Assembly (NCBI GenBank): GCA_032718475.1
Contig: JAUCBJ010007574.1
Span: 1 to 61,252 of the forward strand
Length of the DNA stretch: 61,252 bases
DNA from: Nemertoderma westbladi
Taxonomy: Eukaryota; Animalia; Xenacoelomorpha
Reading direction: 5' to 3'
Position numbers and translations under genes: made by a program. Positions 26,915 through 39,705 of this stretch are shown in pieces; within the stretch, counting starts at the first letter, position 1; each line of letters starts with the position of its first letter. The notes under the pieces are model-generated. The model searched no databases and was not told the DNA's origin. It saw only the letters and a program-made list of their open reading frames with translations.

Positions 26915-27862
26915 ATGGAAGATTTAATATTTCTAAAAAATCAACGTCGTGGTCATCGATCCGTAGTTACTCGTTTACTCGACCAACTAAATGGACTGAT
27001 GTTCGCAACGTCAGGAGAGTTGGTAGCTGATCCAGACATTGACTCTATACGTGACGTCATTGCTGGAACGGCGAGACAAAGGACGAGGTTGGCGGATTTG
27101 AGCGAAAGAATTCAACAGGTATTGGATCCCAATGACGAGGACGGTATAATTACCGAGATTGATACGTCTTCCAAAGAAGATTTGCGTATCTATTCGGCTA
27201 TTCGACGAGCCGAACAGTTTGTAGACGAGAAGGGTCGCGCCGAGTTGCTACCGGGTAGTAACGTTCACCCACCAAACGTGGAATCCCATATCGGTATCGG
27301 GATGAAACCGCAGAAACTTCCCGTGTTGAAGCTGCCATCATTCTCAGGGAATCCAGTCGATTGGCCAAATTTTTGGGATCGTTTCAATGACGCTGTTCAC
27401 TCACGAACAGAGATCGCTGGGGCTACGAAGTTCTCGTATTTAGAAGGGCAACTTTCGGGAAACGCTGCCAAACTCGTAGCAAACTTCCAGCGAACCAACG
27501 AAGATTACGAGGAAGCCATTGAGTTACTCCGAGAAACCTTTGGTAAACCTCAATTAATCCTCCGGGCTCGTTTACATATAATTCTCGACATCGATGAGCC
27601 GAAGCCTACGGCTCGTGATTTAGCCACTTTCCGAGCGACATATGAAGCCCAACTAAGAGGAATTCGAAATTTAGGAGGAAACGTGGAAGAAGCCGGATAC
27701 GTGTTCGCTGAAATCCTCCTCCGAAAACTCCCTACCAAGATTCGCGACAATATAAATCGCGCTGCACGAACAACTTATTGGAATATTGAAGACCTTCGGA
27801 AAGCGCTTCAAGAGGAAATTGAACAATTATCAGCCTTTGATACGGACCTTTTGCTTCAATAA
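26915..27862 (+). CDS. gag: BEL/Pao Gag N-terminal part (DUF1759-like)
   Basis: KLPVLKLPSFSGNPVDWPNFWDRF...KFSYL..L.G.AAKLV...YEEAIELLRETFG motif typical of Pao Gag. Confidence 0.9.
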   Translation: MEDLIFLKNQRRGHRSVVTRLLDQLNGLMFATSGELVADPDIDSIRDVIAGTARQRTRLADLSERIQQVLDPNDEDGIITEIDTSSKEDLRIYSAIRRAEQFVDEKGRAELLPGSNVHPPNVESHIGIGMKPQKLPVLKLPSFSGNPVDWPNFWDRFNDAVHSRTEIAGATKFSYLEGQLSGNAAKLVANFQRTNEDYEEAIELLRETFGKPQLILRARLHIILDIDEPKPTARDLATFRATYEAQLRGIRNLGGNVEEAGYVFAEILLRKLPTKIRDNINRAARTTYWNIEDLRKALQEEIEQLSAFDTDLLLQ

Positions 27863-30800
27863 AAGTAAACCAAATAATACTTCAAAGAAACACAATGACT
27901 TCGGTAGTCATTCGGAATCGTCTCCACAGGGCGGCTCGGTCGGTTCATTTGGTTCGAGTGTAATGAATTCTACAAAACCAAAACCGAGATACAAAATCCG
28001 TTGTTATTTCTGCAATAGCGATCACAGTGTCCGTTATTGCGATCGTTATAAAACTAGTGATGAACGGAAGTCTCGCACTGATGAATTGAATCTATGCGCA
28101 AACTGTTTACGGTCTGGCCATTCTACGAACGAATGCCCAAGACCTAGTCGGTGTTACGTTTGCGGAGGATTGCATCACTCGGTTTTACACGCACATTATT
28201 CCAGTAGTTCGTCATCAGATCGGTTACCAAAGAAAAAATCGAATCCATCTGTTTCTAGTTCAGTTTGCACTGAACATTCCTCACTATTACCAACGGCCAT
28301 AATGCCTATTGAATATTATAATCATGGATCTCGAACCTATAACGTTCGGACGTTATTAGATCCAGGATCGCAACGAACTTTTATATTACGGAGTATCGTC
28401 GAGTTATTGGGTTTAACCATAATATCTCGCACATACTTAGCTATCGATAGTTTTACACATTGTGGCGAAATGGATCCTTATGATATTACTAAATTTTCAG
28501 TGGTTACATCAGACGGATTGATCGAAGTTTCTGCAGCAGTGGTAGACTCGCTACCAATGCGTTTAGCGACGCCGGGACGATCGGATCTCGTCGACCGCTT
28601 AATATTTCGTGGCGTTAACTTAGCTGATCCGATCCGCGGTGATAACGTACCCGATCTTGGATTAGTTTTAGGAGTTGACCAATGTTATTATTTCATAAAA
28701 ATTCCTTCCATAGAAGAGGGTGTGTCTTTACTTCGATCTAATTTAGGGGATGTAATATTGGGCCAAATTGACTCAACCCAATCCGAGGATAAAGAGTGCA
28801 CTACATCAGTTGTTACAGCTCTTCATATTGGGACATCGAGACCTTTTTACGAATATGAAGACGATCTCTCAGCGAGTATGGAGAGGTTATGGAGTCTGGA
28901 TTCAATCGGAATTCGTTACGACGCACCCAAGGACGTTTCTAACGATTCCACATTAATCGAATTCGAAAATAGTATCCAGTTCGACGGATATAAATACACG
29001 GCAAGTTTACCGTGGAAGTCAAATCACCCAATCTTACCAATTAATTATTCATTAGCTGCAAAATGTTTGCAAAGTATATTATCTAAATTACGTAAATCAC
29101 GCGAATTATTATCTTGTTATGATAATATTATTAGGGAACAATTAAACCGAAAATTTATTGAGCCCGCGGAATTTGTCGATTTTCGTAGGTTTACCGATAA
29201 TGTGCTAGGTGATAATAATAATGTTAAATTTCATTATTTGCCTCATCACGGTGTTATCAAACCGACTTCATCAACTACTCCATTGAGAATAGTTTTCAAT
29301 TGTAGTTCGAAGGCAAATTCGAAATCTCCAAGTTTAAATGATTGTTTACATACCGGTTCTAGTCTAAACCAAATGCTATGTGATGCTTTATTACGCTTTC
29401 GAATGAACAAATATTGTTCTATCAGTGATATTGAGAAAGAGTTTTTACAAATAGGTCTCGATCCATCTGATCGAGATGTAACAAGATTTTTATGGCCTAA
29501 GGATCCCTTTGATCCAAGTAGTCCAATACTTACATATCGGTTTAGAGTAGTTTTATTCGGTGCTACTTGTAGTCAATTTTTATTAAATGCTACTGTTAGA
29601 CACCATTTGAAACTAAGTGACTCGCCGATAGCTGACATAATTATTCGTAATTTATATGTTGATAACTTACATGGTATGTCAGATAACGAGAACGATTTAA
29701 TTGATTATTATTTACAAAGTAGCAAATTATTACAACAGGGTGGATTCCCTTTAAGGGAATGGATAACTAACTCTCCAAAGTTAAATGAACTTATACAATC
29801 TAATAACGATGGACCTAAAGTAGTTACTAATGAACCGGCTATTTTAGGCATGAAATGGTTTATCGAAAACGATAAATTGGGTTATCCATCCAGCGAAATT
29901 AAAACACCCGATGCTTATTTTACTAAGCGAGGTATTGTTAGTTCAGCTGGTAAATTATTTGACCCGTTAGGTTTATTATTACCCGTGACTATTGGTATGC
30001 GTATATTAATTCAACAATTGTGGAAATTAAATATCGGTTGGGATAAAGTTATCCCAGACGATATTGCAACACAGTGGTCAAAACAAGTTTCTGATATCAA
30101 TTTACTTTCATCATTTTCAGTCGAACGTCAATTGACTTTAAGTAATGGTGCATGTTTACATTGTTTTTGCGATGCCTCTAAAACGGCATATGGTGCAGTT
30201 GTTTATTGTGTGAACAACCAAAACTCTGACTTAGTCATAGCTAGAGCTAAAGTTGTCCCCGTTAAGTGTAAAGCCCCTTCCCTTCCCAAACTCGAACTCA
30301 CTGCATTATCCATTGGCGCAAGACTTTTGGTGTACATTACACAGGTATTTAGTTTCCAATTCATTCCAGCCAATATCTTTTTATGGTCAGATAGTGAAAT
30401 AGCTCTACACTGGACAATGAATGGTTGTGTTAATAACGTCTATGTAAAGAATCGTGTAGATGAAATTCACCAACTATGTCCTAATGCAATATTTCGCTAT
30501 GTACCAACTAAGGACAATCCGGCAGACATGCTAACTAGAGGTATTACTGCTATCAAATTATTGTCCTCCGATTTTTGGACTTGTGGGCCGGTCTGGTTGA
30601 TGTGCGTTTCTGATTGGCCAATTCAAAAAATTGTTTTCAAGGAAGAAACGGTTGCTATGGATACCACGGTTAGCTCTTTACCTACGTTGGATGAAACAGG
30701 TTCTGATGTTGATGACGTCATCAACATATCAGATTATAGTGACTATAATAAACTCTTACGTGTTACTGCATTGGTATTGCGTTTTGTTCGCCGCCTAAAG

Positions 30801-32426
30801 GATAGTGTTACTAATAACAGTCACAAACGTGTATATCCCACAATTGCGCCGGTCGGAAGAGGGAAAGTTCTTTCTAGTCCACTTACAGTAAACGATATCG
30901 TATCAGCAGAGATATTCCTATTGCGACGTGTACAAAGCAATATATTTAGTAAAGAGAGCAATTATTTACTATCTCTTAATTATTCTAGTACCGAGAAAGG
31001 TAAAATACCTCCGTTAGTGCGTCAGTTACGGTTATTCCTAGATGACGACAATATTATATGTTCTAGAGGTCGTATTGAACATTCTAATATTCCTTGGCAA
31101 ACTAAGTTCCCCGCGATACTTCAAAGCAAACATATTTTCACTGAACTGATTATATTATCCACTCATAAGTTTAATTTCCATTGCGGTCTGTCTGACACCA
31201 TCGTTCAGTTACGCCAGCATTGGTGGATTCCACAGATAAGACAGAGAGTTCGTTCTATTATTCGTCCGTGTGCGACGTGTAATCGTGTTATTGGTCGACC
31301 TTATCCAGTACCGCCACCTCCACCACTTCCTGAGTTTCGGGTTTCAGGTTCCGTTCCATTCGAAACTACTGGCTTAGACTACACTGGTCATATATTACTC
31401 AGAGATCGCACCAAAGCCTACATAGCTTTGTTTACTTGCACTACTGTTAGAGCTGTACGATTAGAAGTAGTGCCAGATAATTCTACTAAATCATTCTTGT
31501 TCGCATTACGATGTTTTACCGCTCGTTCTGGTTGTCCGTCTCGGTTGCTAAGCGACAACCAATCCGCCTTTATTTCAGCTGATTTAGATCTAAAGACTGT
31601 ACATACTACAGCAACTGTTCAAAATTATTTATTATCACGACGTATGATTTGGACTTTTATTCCAGTTGCCTCACCTTGGATGGGAGGATTCTGGGAACGG
31701 TTGATCGGTATTGCTAAGATTGTACTAAAGAAAGTGTTAGGTCGAGCTTATATTACTTATCAAGAGTTGGTTACTGTAGCCTATGAAGTTGAAGCTTACA
31801 TGAATGACAGACCCCTTACTTACGTTACTGCGGATAGGGACGAGCCCTTACCCCTGACACCTTCTCAACTCCTATATGGTCGTCATCTAACTGGGTTGCC
31901 TTTACCCCTCATCGATAAGGATTTTAATAAAGATCCTTCTTATGGTGAGTGACGATCCCTTACTAAACGTCATCAGCGTGTTATCACACTTATTTCTGAT
32001 TGCTGGTCACGTTGGAACCATGAGTATTTAACTTCTTTACGAGAGTTCCATCGATGGAATTCTTCTGAACCCAAACATATCCCAAAAGTAGGAGATATCG
32101 TCCTAGTTGGTTCCCGTAGACCCCGCATGCAATGGCCTCTCGGCAAGGTCATTGAACTCTTTCCTAGTAAAGACGGATGGATACGTTCTGTATCCGTAAA
32201 GACCCAAACTGGACTCTCTAAACGTCCTATCAAACTCTTGTACCCTCTAGAGTGTCCCGTTTCACCATTAGTGGATCTATCGGATGTCCCAATTGTCCCA
32301 CCGATTCGTTCACCGCAAGTTAACACTACAAAACCCCATCGTGTAGCCGCAATACGATCCCGTGAGAAACTGAAAGAATATTACGAGGATGTTTCGAATA
32401 GCGATTCATCAGTCTCAGAGATATAG
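27786..32426 (+). pseudogene. pol: BEL/Pao zinc knuckles-protease-RT-RNaseH-integrase, in the +1 frame relative to gag, with a premature TGA at 31950-31952
   Basis: Three Cys/His knuckles, LLDPGSQRTF protease, YLPHHGV, SLNDCL, LYVDN RT, FCDASKTAYGAV RNase H, GLDYTG/SDN/GGFWERL integrase; reading continues in frame past the TGA (WSRWNHEYLTSLRE...WPLGKV...RPIKLLYPLE). Confidence 0.93.
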
Positions 32427-32644
32427 ATTTATATTTTCTATGTAAACTATTTTAGTTGATATATTGTGCTATGTTTCAAAGTTTATTAGTATATGTTATG
32501 CAATTTGAGTTATTTTCTGTATGTGTTATTTTCTTACAATGAGTTTTTGGGGGAATTATTGAGTTATTTACTGTATGTGTTAAATTTCTTATGATTAGTT
32601 TATTGAGGAAATATTTACTTCGTTTATTCCTTGGCTGGCGGGAA

Positions 32645-33045
32645 TGTACAAAATATTATTTCATTGTGTATTTTGTTATATAAGAAAGCGTTTGTTTTTG
32701 AATCTCGCTCTTCTTTTAAGTTATTTTTAGTATGACGTAAGTAATTATCCGATTACAGTCATTCTGATATGAAGTGGGTACCGGTTTATGTTATTATTAT
32801 TCTTTTAACTTGCTTATGACTACGTTGATTTCTGCTGTGTATGTCTGCCATGGTGTCAGTAAATAGGCCTAAACATGTATGTATGCTATACCCTTAATTG
32901 AATAAATGAATCAGGAAGTATCTTTACTTAAACCCTTATTATAAATCGCTCTCCCAAATGCTATCAAACACATACGCGGTAACAACAAACCATCGCGTTT
33001 ATTTTAAGTCTGGAAATCGCAACTACCCTATGTTATTTCGGGACA
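32645..33045 (+). repeat. 3' LTR (401 bp)
   Basis: Near-identical to 26412-26828. Confidence 0.97.
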
Positions 33046-33199
33046 GTATGCGTTCACACCTTTCTTAATGGCTTTGTAACCATGTCATACCATCACTCAC
33101 GCTATAGCCAATATCTCGTCCTCAGTTTTTACTCTCTTAATTATGTCGCTTATTGGTTTGGGAATACTTCAAAAAACAATCTTTTCACGGATCTGAGAC

Positions 33200-35830
33200 C
33201 GAGACTCTTCTGACTCTGGCCCAGGAAGAACAGCTCACTCTTCCCGGGGTTTATCGACAGCCCACATCTCCCCTTACTCTGATGATTTCCTTCAAGTCAT
33301 CCAAGACAATGGGGAAGTTGTCTGCCAGGTTCCCGTCGTCCAAGTAACAAACATTGAAAGAAGATGTCAATGGCTGGATGATGGGGTTTAGCGTATCACC
33401 AAAGAGCGGCGGCCATTGGGATCACTCTGCTTAACTCCCTCACTGGAGAGGAGGCACTTGGTTGCCATGGAGGAGAAAGGTCGCAACACCATTTTTTCAG
33501 CAACACCATTCCATGCTGATTAACCACTGTCACTGGCATCCTTACACCATGCGGTGCTGCCTCTACACACAACTTACACCCGATACCAAGCTGGACAGAG
33601 AGATAGGAGTTTGTAGGGTCATCCACCACTAATAAACAGGCAAACTTTGAGCATAAATGCCAAAGAGGTACTCCTACTGCTATGAGCCTGATTCCTACAC
33701 TTGTCTTCTTAAATGCAAAGAGGTTCGCCCCAAAGAAAAAGGGTGGATGACAAGTGGCACTTCGCCAGCAATGGTGACATCAACAAAGCGTGACAGAAAA
33801 GTAAGAAGCGATCAGCTGCCTCACTGTTAGTTGGACTGACCAGGTCCTTTAGTATCTGGGGCTACATCCCATCTGGTCCTCTGGCACAGTCACAGGGAAA
33901 CAAAGCTATCAACATTTGGGTGACAGTAAGTAAACACTGTCTAGCGGAATGATGTAATTCTGGAGATGGGTCTCTCCTATCTGTGGGTCTCATGGGTGTT
34001 TCCCCTTTATAATTTGTAAGGCGACTGGTGCAATGGTATCCTTATAGTCAGGTGGCTTAGGGTTAAAAAATATCCATATCACGACAAAGGTGAGGAAAGC
34101 ACCATTTTTTCACTATATATGTAAAATTTTACGTAGAATCCATTTCGAAGGGTATCCAAAGCTGTAGTAGAGTGGATGACATTGATATCGATGGATTAAA
34201 AGAGTGAGAAAATGTAATTTAACGATTATAATATTTATGTTTATTCACAGAAAACATACATGACACTGCGTATTATTATAAGCTTATTATACTAGTTATG
34301 TTAAAACGTTTTAGAAAGGTTTGTTTCGCAGATAGATATGATGAACTTGATGATGTTTCGGATACAGTACTCAACATATCATCAAATATATTTCTGTTGT
34401 TCACACCAGAGAGAGGCCTTACAGCTTATTAAATTGTTTTAGTTAATCGACTTGGAATGTACCGGTACAGGTAACCATAGCCCCATATACGGGAGTTGAC
34501 AATGATAGAAAAGAATACATACATTTTTTTATATGTCTCCGTCCATTTTACAGCTCAGCTATAATAATTGTAAATAGTTAAAGGGTTTACATGTATTGCA
34601 CTCGATTTGCCATCCATGGGTTCCACTATAAATATTGTACTGTAAGAACTCCTTTATCATTCTACATTATCCTTTATCATTTACATATATTTACATTATC
34701 CTTTATCATTTACATATATTTACATTATCCTTTATCATTTACATATATAGTGAAAAAATGGTGCTTTCCTCACCTTTGTCGTGATTTTTTCCCTAAGCCA
34801 CCTGACTACAGTATTAGAGGTGGCCAACTGAATAGGCACCTTTATGTCACCATCCTCAATCTGCACCGATTCCATCTGCACTGATTCAGATGATGCAGTC
34901 TGACGAGTTGAGGCTGGAGGGCGTGACTGCAGTAGAGAACTTCTCTCTGAACCAACCAAAGTTTGCGATCAACAGGTTTATTTGGGTTGCAAGAGAGTGG
35001 AATCAGTGATGGTGAAACAAAAACATATCAGCCAAATTAGACGCAGCTGTCGTGTCCCATGCATGCCATGCCATGTCGCATGCGCTGTCATCTGGACCAG
35101 AATATCCCACTCATTCTACAGCTGGTGGTAACTGGTCAGATAGTCCAAGAGAGTTCAGAGAGAGGAGAGGGAACACCTCCAGGCAACTATCAGATCGTAA
35201 TCTACCATTGGATTTGGTCGTTGTTAACTCACTCTGGGCACACTTCTCCAGTGTACCCGGGAACAAGACGGAGCACCAACTGGGACTGGAGGAATTGACC
35301 TACCTAAACTGACCCTAAGTGGAACTGACTGACTGTCTGACACCAATGCTGGGTACGGTAGGGACCAACAAACTGACCCAGACCTGGTAGGTATCATCTG
35401 ACCAACACCCGGACTGACAAACCGACATCCGGAGTTGCAGTAACCGACAAACTGACATCTGGACTGGGAATTACCATCTGACTGGCACATGGACTGATAG
35501 TGATCAACAAGCTGACACCCAACCTGACATGTTGTCAGGTTGGCAAACCGGACAAACCGGTACCCAGACTAGTCAGAACTGAAAAACCGATACCTGAACT
35601 GGCAGTAACGGACTGGCCAACACCCAGACTGGTAGGAACCAACTCATCTCTACCCTTAGTGGGAGGGGTCGACAGGTAGGACCAGGCTCGACTATTACTG
35701 GAGGACTTCAAAACCTTGTGAGGATATCGTCAGCCCACAATCGACCCTCACAAGGTTGCCCAGCAAAGACTATGATCGCAATACTTCGGTGAGGTGAGAC
35801 CACAATAGGCGCTAAACTGTCAGCATGTTG
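33200..35830 (-). pseudogene. Decayed CRE-clade non-LTR retrotransposon (RT region), interrupted by a MITE
   Basis: Minus-strand fragments FFFGANLFAFKKTSVGIRLIAVG, QLGIGCKLCVEAAPHGVR and SSFNVCYLDDGNLA resemble CRE RT motifs (GGIRPIAVG, QLG.G...G.EAA.H, YLDDG); many frameshifts; upstream boundary approximate. Confidence 0.75.
34045..34808. mobile_element. MITE with TAG...CTA termini and about 75-bp TIRs
   Basis: TAGTCAGGTGGCTTAGGG...ATCACGACAAAGGTGAGGAAAGCACCATTTTTT vs its reverse complement at 34738-34808; probable TTA TSD. Confidence 0.85.
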
Positions 35831-35937
35831 TATTTGTACTGGAGTTAGGAACGGTCCGATAAAAAAAAATTTACAATTATAATATAAATATATAAATAAA
35901 CAATCTGCAATTAATTACACATTAATTATTGTTTTAG

Positions 35938-38217
35938 GATATTAATGACCAAGAAAAGGAATTTAGAAAACTTTTTACAGACTTTAAGGACTCTCCATTT
36001 TATCAAGACAGTAAAATTGCAAAGTTAACTGATACTGATACAATACGCAACATACATGATTTCGACGTTACAATGTTGAAAAAACATAATATGTTGTTGA
36101 AAGAACATGTTATAGAGAGGCTTGCAGAGGTTAAAGGACAGGTTGAAGAACATAATATATTGTTGAAAGAACAGGATACAGAGTTCAAAGAACATGTGAC
36201 AGAGTTGAAAGAACAGAATACATTGTTGAAAGAACAGGATACAGAGATCAAAGAACATGTGACAGAGTTGAAAGAACAGAATACATTGTTGAAAGAACAT
36301 GATACAGAGATCAAAGAACATGTGACAGAGTTGAAAGAACAGAATACATTGTTGAAAGAACATGATACACAGATCAAAGAACATGTGACAGAGTTGAAAG
36401 AACAGAATACATTGTTGAAAGAACAGGATGCAGAGATAAAAGGTCAGGTTATAGAGTTGGACGAGCAGAACTCATTATTGAAAGAACAGAATTCATTGTT
36501 GAAAGAACAGGATGCAGAGATAAAAGGTCAGGTTATAGAGTTGGACGAGCAGAACTCATTATTGAAAGAACAGAATTCATTGTTGAAAGAACAGGATGCA
36601 GAGATGAAAGGTCAGGTTATAGAGTTGGACGAGCAAAACTCAATATTGAAAGAACAGAATTCATTGTTGAAAGAACATGATAGAGAGATAAAAGGTCAGG
36701 TTATAGAGTTGAACGAGCAGAACTCATTATTGAAAGAACAGAATTCATTGTTGAAAGAACAGGATAGAGAGATAAAAGGTCAGGTTATAGAGTTGGACGA
36801 GCAGAACTCATTATTGAAAGAACAGAATTCATTGTTGAAAGAACAGGATAGAGAGATAAAGGGTCAGGTTATAGAGTTGGAGGAGCAGAACTTATTGTTG
36901 AAAGAACAGGATACATTGTTGAAAAAACAGGTTAAATTGTTAAAGGAGCAGTTAACAGAGTTGAACGAACAGAAAACATTTTTGAAAGAACAGGATATAG
37001 AGATAAAAAAACATGTTACAGTGTTGCAAAAACATAATACAGTGTTGAGAGAACAGGATACATTATTGAAAGAGCAGCTTACAGAATTGAAAGAACAGAA
37101 TACAGTGTTGAAAGAACAGGATACAGTGTTGAAAGAACATAATACATTGTTGAAAGAACAGGATGCAGAGTTGAAAGAACAGAATACATTGTTGAAAGAA
37201 CAGGTTACAGAGTTGAAAGAACAGAATACATTGTTGAAAGAACAGGATACAGAGTTGAAAGAACATAATACATTGTTGAAAGAACATGATACACAGATCA
37301 AAGAACATGTGACAGCGTTGAAAGAACAGAATACATTGTTGAAAGAACAGGATGCAGAGATAAAAGGTCAGGTTATAGAGTTGGACGAGCAGAACTCATT
37401 ATTGAAAGAACAGAATTCATTGTTGAAAGAACAGGATGCAGAGATGAAAGGTCAGGTTATAGAGTTGGACGAGCAGAACTCATTGTTGAAAGAACAGGAT
37501 ACAGAGATCAAAAAAAATGTTACAGTGTTGAGAGAACAGGATACATTATTGAAAGAGCAGCTTACAGAGTTGAAAGACCAGGATACGGAGTTTAAAGAAG
37601 CAATGTCCAATCACGACAACATAATTGCGAATCTAACTGGAGTGCTAAATAACTTCCGCATTTACAACAATCTAATACCCAACCCACCGCCTAGTAAAAT
37701 GTTGCTAATACCAAGTCAGTGGGTAAAGATTCAGCAAAGGCTTGATGGATCTGTTGATTTCTATCGTAACTGGAACATCTATATGCACAGGTTTGGTGAC
37801 CCGAATACAAACTTTTGGTTGGGGTTGGAGACCATCTACAAGGTCAGTAAAGATGGAGTGAAGTTAAGAATCGATCTGTGGTATAATAATAAACACAAAT
37901 ATGCGGAATACAACAAATTCTATCTCGGATCAGAATCAACTAATTACCGCCTACATGTAACCGGTTATCAGGGCACTGCCGGTGACGATTTGGTTTATCA
38001 CAATGGTCACCCGTTCTCTACCAAGGACCGCGATCATGATGGCAAATCAAAGCACAACTGCGCTGTAGACTATAAAGGAGGGTGGTGGTACAATAAGTGT
38101 CACCGTACCAACCTGAATGGAATCTATGGTAGTCTGGAAAATAAAGGACCTAGTTGGAAGACGTTTACTGGAAACAATCCGGTTTCTCGCGTTGAAATGA
38201 AGATTTGGATTGAATGA
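35938..38217 (+). CDS. Fibrinogen-related protein (FReD; angiopoietin-like architecture), terminal exon: long heptad coiled coil plus C-terminal fibrinogen domain
   Basis: Acceptor gttttAG at 35936-35937 in frame with the ORF; WVKIQQRLDGSVDFYRNW, FWLGLE, FSTKDRDHD, NCA..YKGGWWYNKCHRTNLNG motifs; AATAAA near 38305; upstream exon(s) not identified. Confidence 0.9.
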   Translation, partial: DINDQEKEFRKLFTDFKDSPFYQDSKIAKLTDTDTIRNIHDFDVTMLKKHNMLLKEHVIERLAEVKGQVEEHNILLKEQDTEFKEHVTELKEQNTLLKEQDTEIKEHVTELKEQNTLLKEHDTEIKEHVTELKEQNTLLKEHDTQIKEHVTELKEQNTLLKEQDAEIKGQVIELDEQNSLLKEQNSLLKEQDAEIKGQVIELDEQNSLLKEQNSLLKEQDAEMKGQVIELDEQNSILKEQNSLLKEHDREIKGQVIELNEQNSLLKEQNSLLKEQDREIKGQVIELDEQNSLLKEQNSLLKEQDREIKGQVIELEEQNLLLKEQDTLLKKQVKLLKEQLTELNEQKTFLKEQDIEIKKHVTVLQKHNTVLREQDTLLKEQLTELKEQNTVLKEQDTVLKEHNTLLKEQDAELKEQNTLLKEQVTELKEQNTLLKEQDTELKEHNTLLKEHDTQIKEHVTALKEQNTLLKEQDAEIKGQVIELDEQNSLLKEQNSLLKEQDAEMKGQVIELDEQNSLLKEQDTEIKKNVTVLREQDTLLKEQLTELKDQDTEFKEAMSNHDNIIANLTGVLNNFRIYNNLIPNPPPSKMLLIPSQWVKIQQRLDGSVDFYRNWNIYMHRFGDPNTNFWLGLETIYKVSKDGVKLRIDLWYNNKHKYAEYNKFYLGSESTNYRLHVTGYQGTAGDDLVYHNGHPFSTKDRDHDGKSKHNCAVDYKGGWWYNKCHRTNLNGIYGSLENKGPSWKTFTGNNPVSRVEMKIWIE

Positions 38218-39269
38218 AACTGTAAGTTTTATAAAGATCGATGTAAATAATTTGTATGATGTATTTTGGGGAACGAACTGTTACATTTAATTATAACTTT
38301 TTAAATAAAAAGTTTTAATTTTTATTTTTTCCTATTCTTTATTGTCCACAAAAGTGCGGACAATAAGGAGTTTAATGTTCGCATGCATTTGCAGACAATA
38401 AAGTAATAATTATCCAATCAATCTTCCAAAAACCGAAATCAACCCACATTTGGAATATTATACTAATATTAATTTATGAATATATTAAATTCAAATTATT
38501 GGAAGTTGAAGGTACATTGAGTACCATTCTAGCTGCCCCTTAATCTTTCCTTAAAATATTATCTTTTGAATTACCGTAGGAGTAACAAAGTTATCGCAAA
38601 TTTGATGTGTCAATTAGGCACCTATGCACCATTGTGTAATTAAATAATTCAAGGGGTGCGTGTAATATTGCTTCCATAGTTACTGCAATTCAAATAACTG
38701 CACTCTTCAACTCCTGATATTTGTTACGTTAACTAGAGAGCCGCTTAACAACATATAAATCAATAATGGATATATTGAGTTCCGTTATGGAGTACGCCTC
38801 GCAGACACCAAATTTCCTTAACTTTTGAGTGCATGCATGGTTTTTGCACAAATTACGTGCAAACCTTTTCTACGTCAATGCTCTTTCAACATATTTAATA
38901 CAATTTAAGATATACCGTCAAAAACTTTTTATTTTACTATTTTCGTAGAAATCAATGCAATCCCATGCGTTACTTTTATTCCCTAGGGATAAAAAGAGCA
39001 ACATTTTCTCCCGACTTTGGTCTTAATTCTAGCGAAAAAGTAACAATTTAAGAATAAAAGTTAATTATTAAAAGAAAAAATATTTTTTTCAAAAATTGTA
39101 ACATTACTCAACGCCGTTAGTATTAACAGCGAGTTGTTATTTAGCACTTTACAACTTTAGAGGACATTACAGCATTGTATTGGCCTGTACATTTAGTATT
39201 GTATTTGGTGTTATTGTTTACGTGGTAACCCATGACGGCGTTAAGTAATGTCCACTAAGGGGACATTAC

Positions 39270-39705
39270 TTAACGCCGTCATTGGATACCACGTAAACAA
39301 TAGGTGGAAATTTGCCTGACAGCCAGATAGGCCTACTGCATTACCTACCGGTAGGCGGGGTATAGCTATTAATAACCAGTAGGGCCTAGCTATATTATTA
39401 TAACATGGCTCCAAACGCCACCATAAATATAAGCTAACTTATTTATAACATAATTTATGTCATTTTTACATTTATTTATACAGCAACTAATATAATTTGT
39501 GCAGTTTCTATCACTTATAATGTATATATACAATCATTTCGTAATGTTAAAATTTTGGAATAAAACTACATACATACTTGTTGCAAAGTACTTTACAGTG
39601 TTCTGATCCTCGTGGCTTTATTTTCACTCACTCACTAACGTTCGTTCGTGTAACAAAGCCATTCGGATCATCACACTGTAAAGTGCTACTGTACTTTAAA
39701 CACAA
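39270..39705. repeat. Inverted copy of the 16900-17260 dispersed repeat, preceded by a palindromic junction (39212-39302)
   Basis: TATTGTTTACGTGGTAACCCATGACGGCGTTAAGTAATGTCC-actaagg-GGACATTACTTAACGCCGTCATTGGATACCACGTAAACAATA. Confidence 0.8.

Larger units (their letters stand above)
26412..33045 (+). mobile_element. BEL/Pao LTR retrotransposon, full length, recently inserted
   Basis: TG...CA LTRs, 5-bp TSD GTATG (26407-26411 and 33046-33050), PBS TGGTGCGGTGACC at 26833, purine-rich tract before the 3' LTR, gag-PR-RT-RH-IN order. Confidence 0.97.

Noticed and set aside
36003-37308. Cys/Phe-rich minus-strand ORFs
   Set aside because: Antisense shadows of the coiled-coil repeats.
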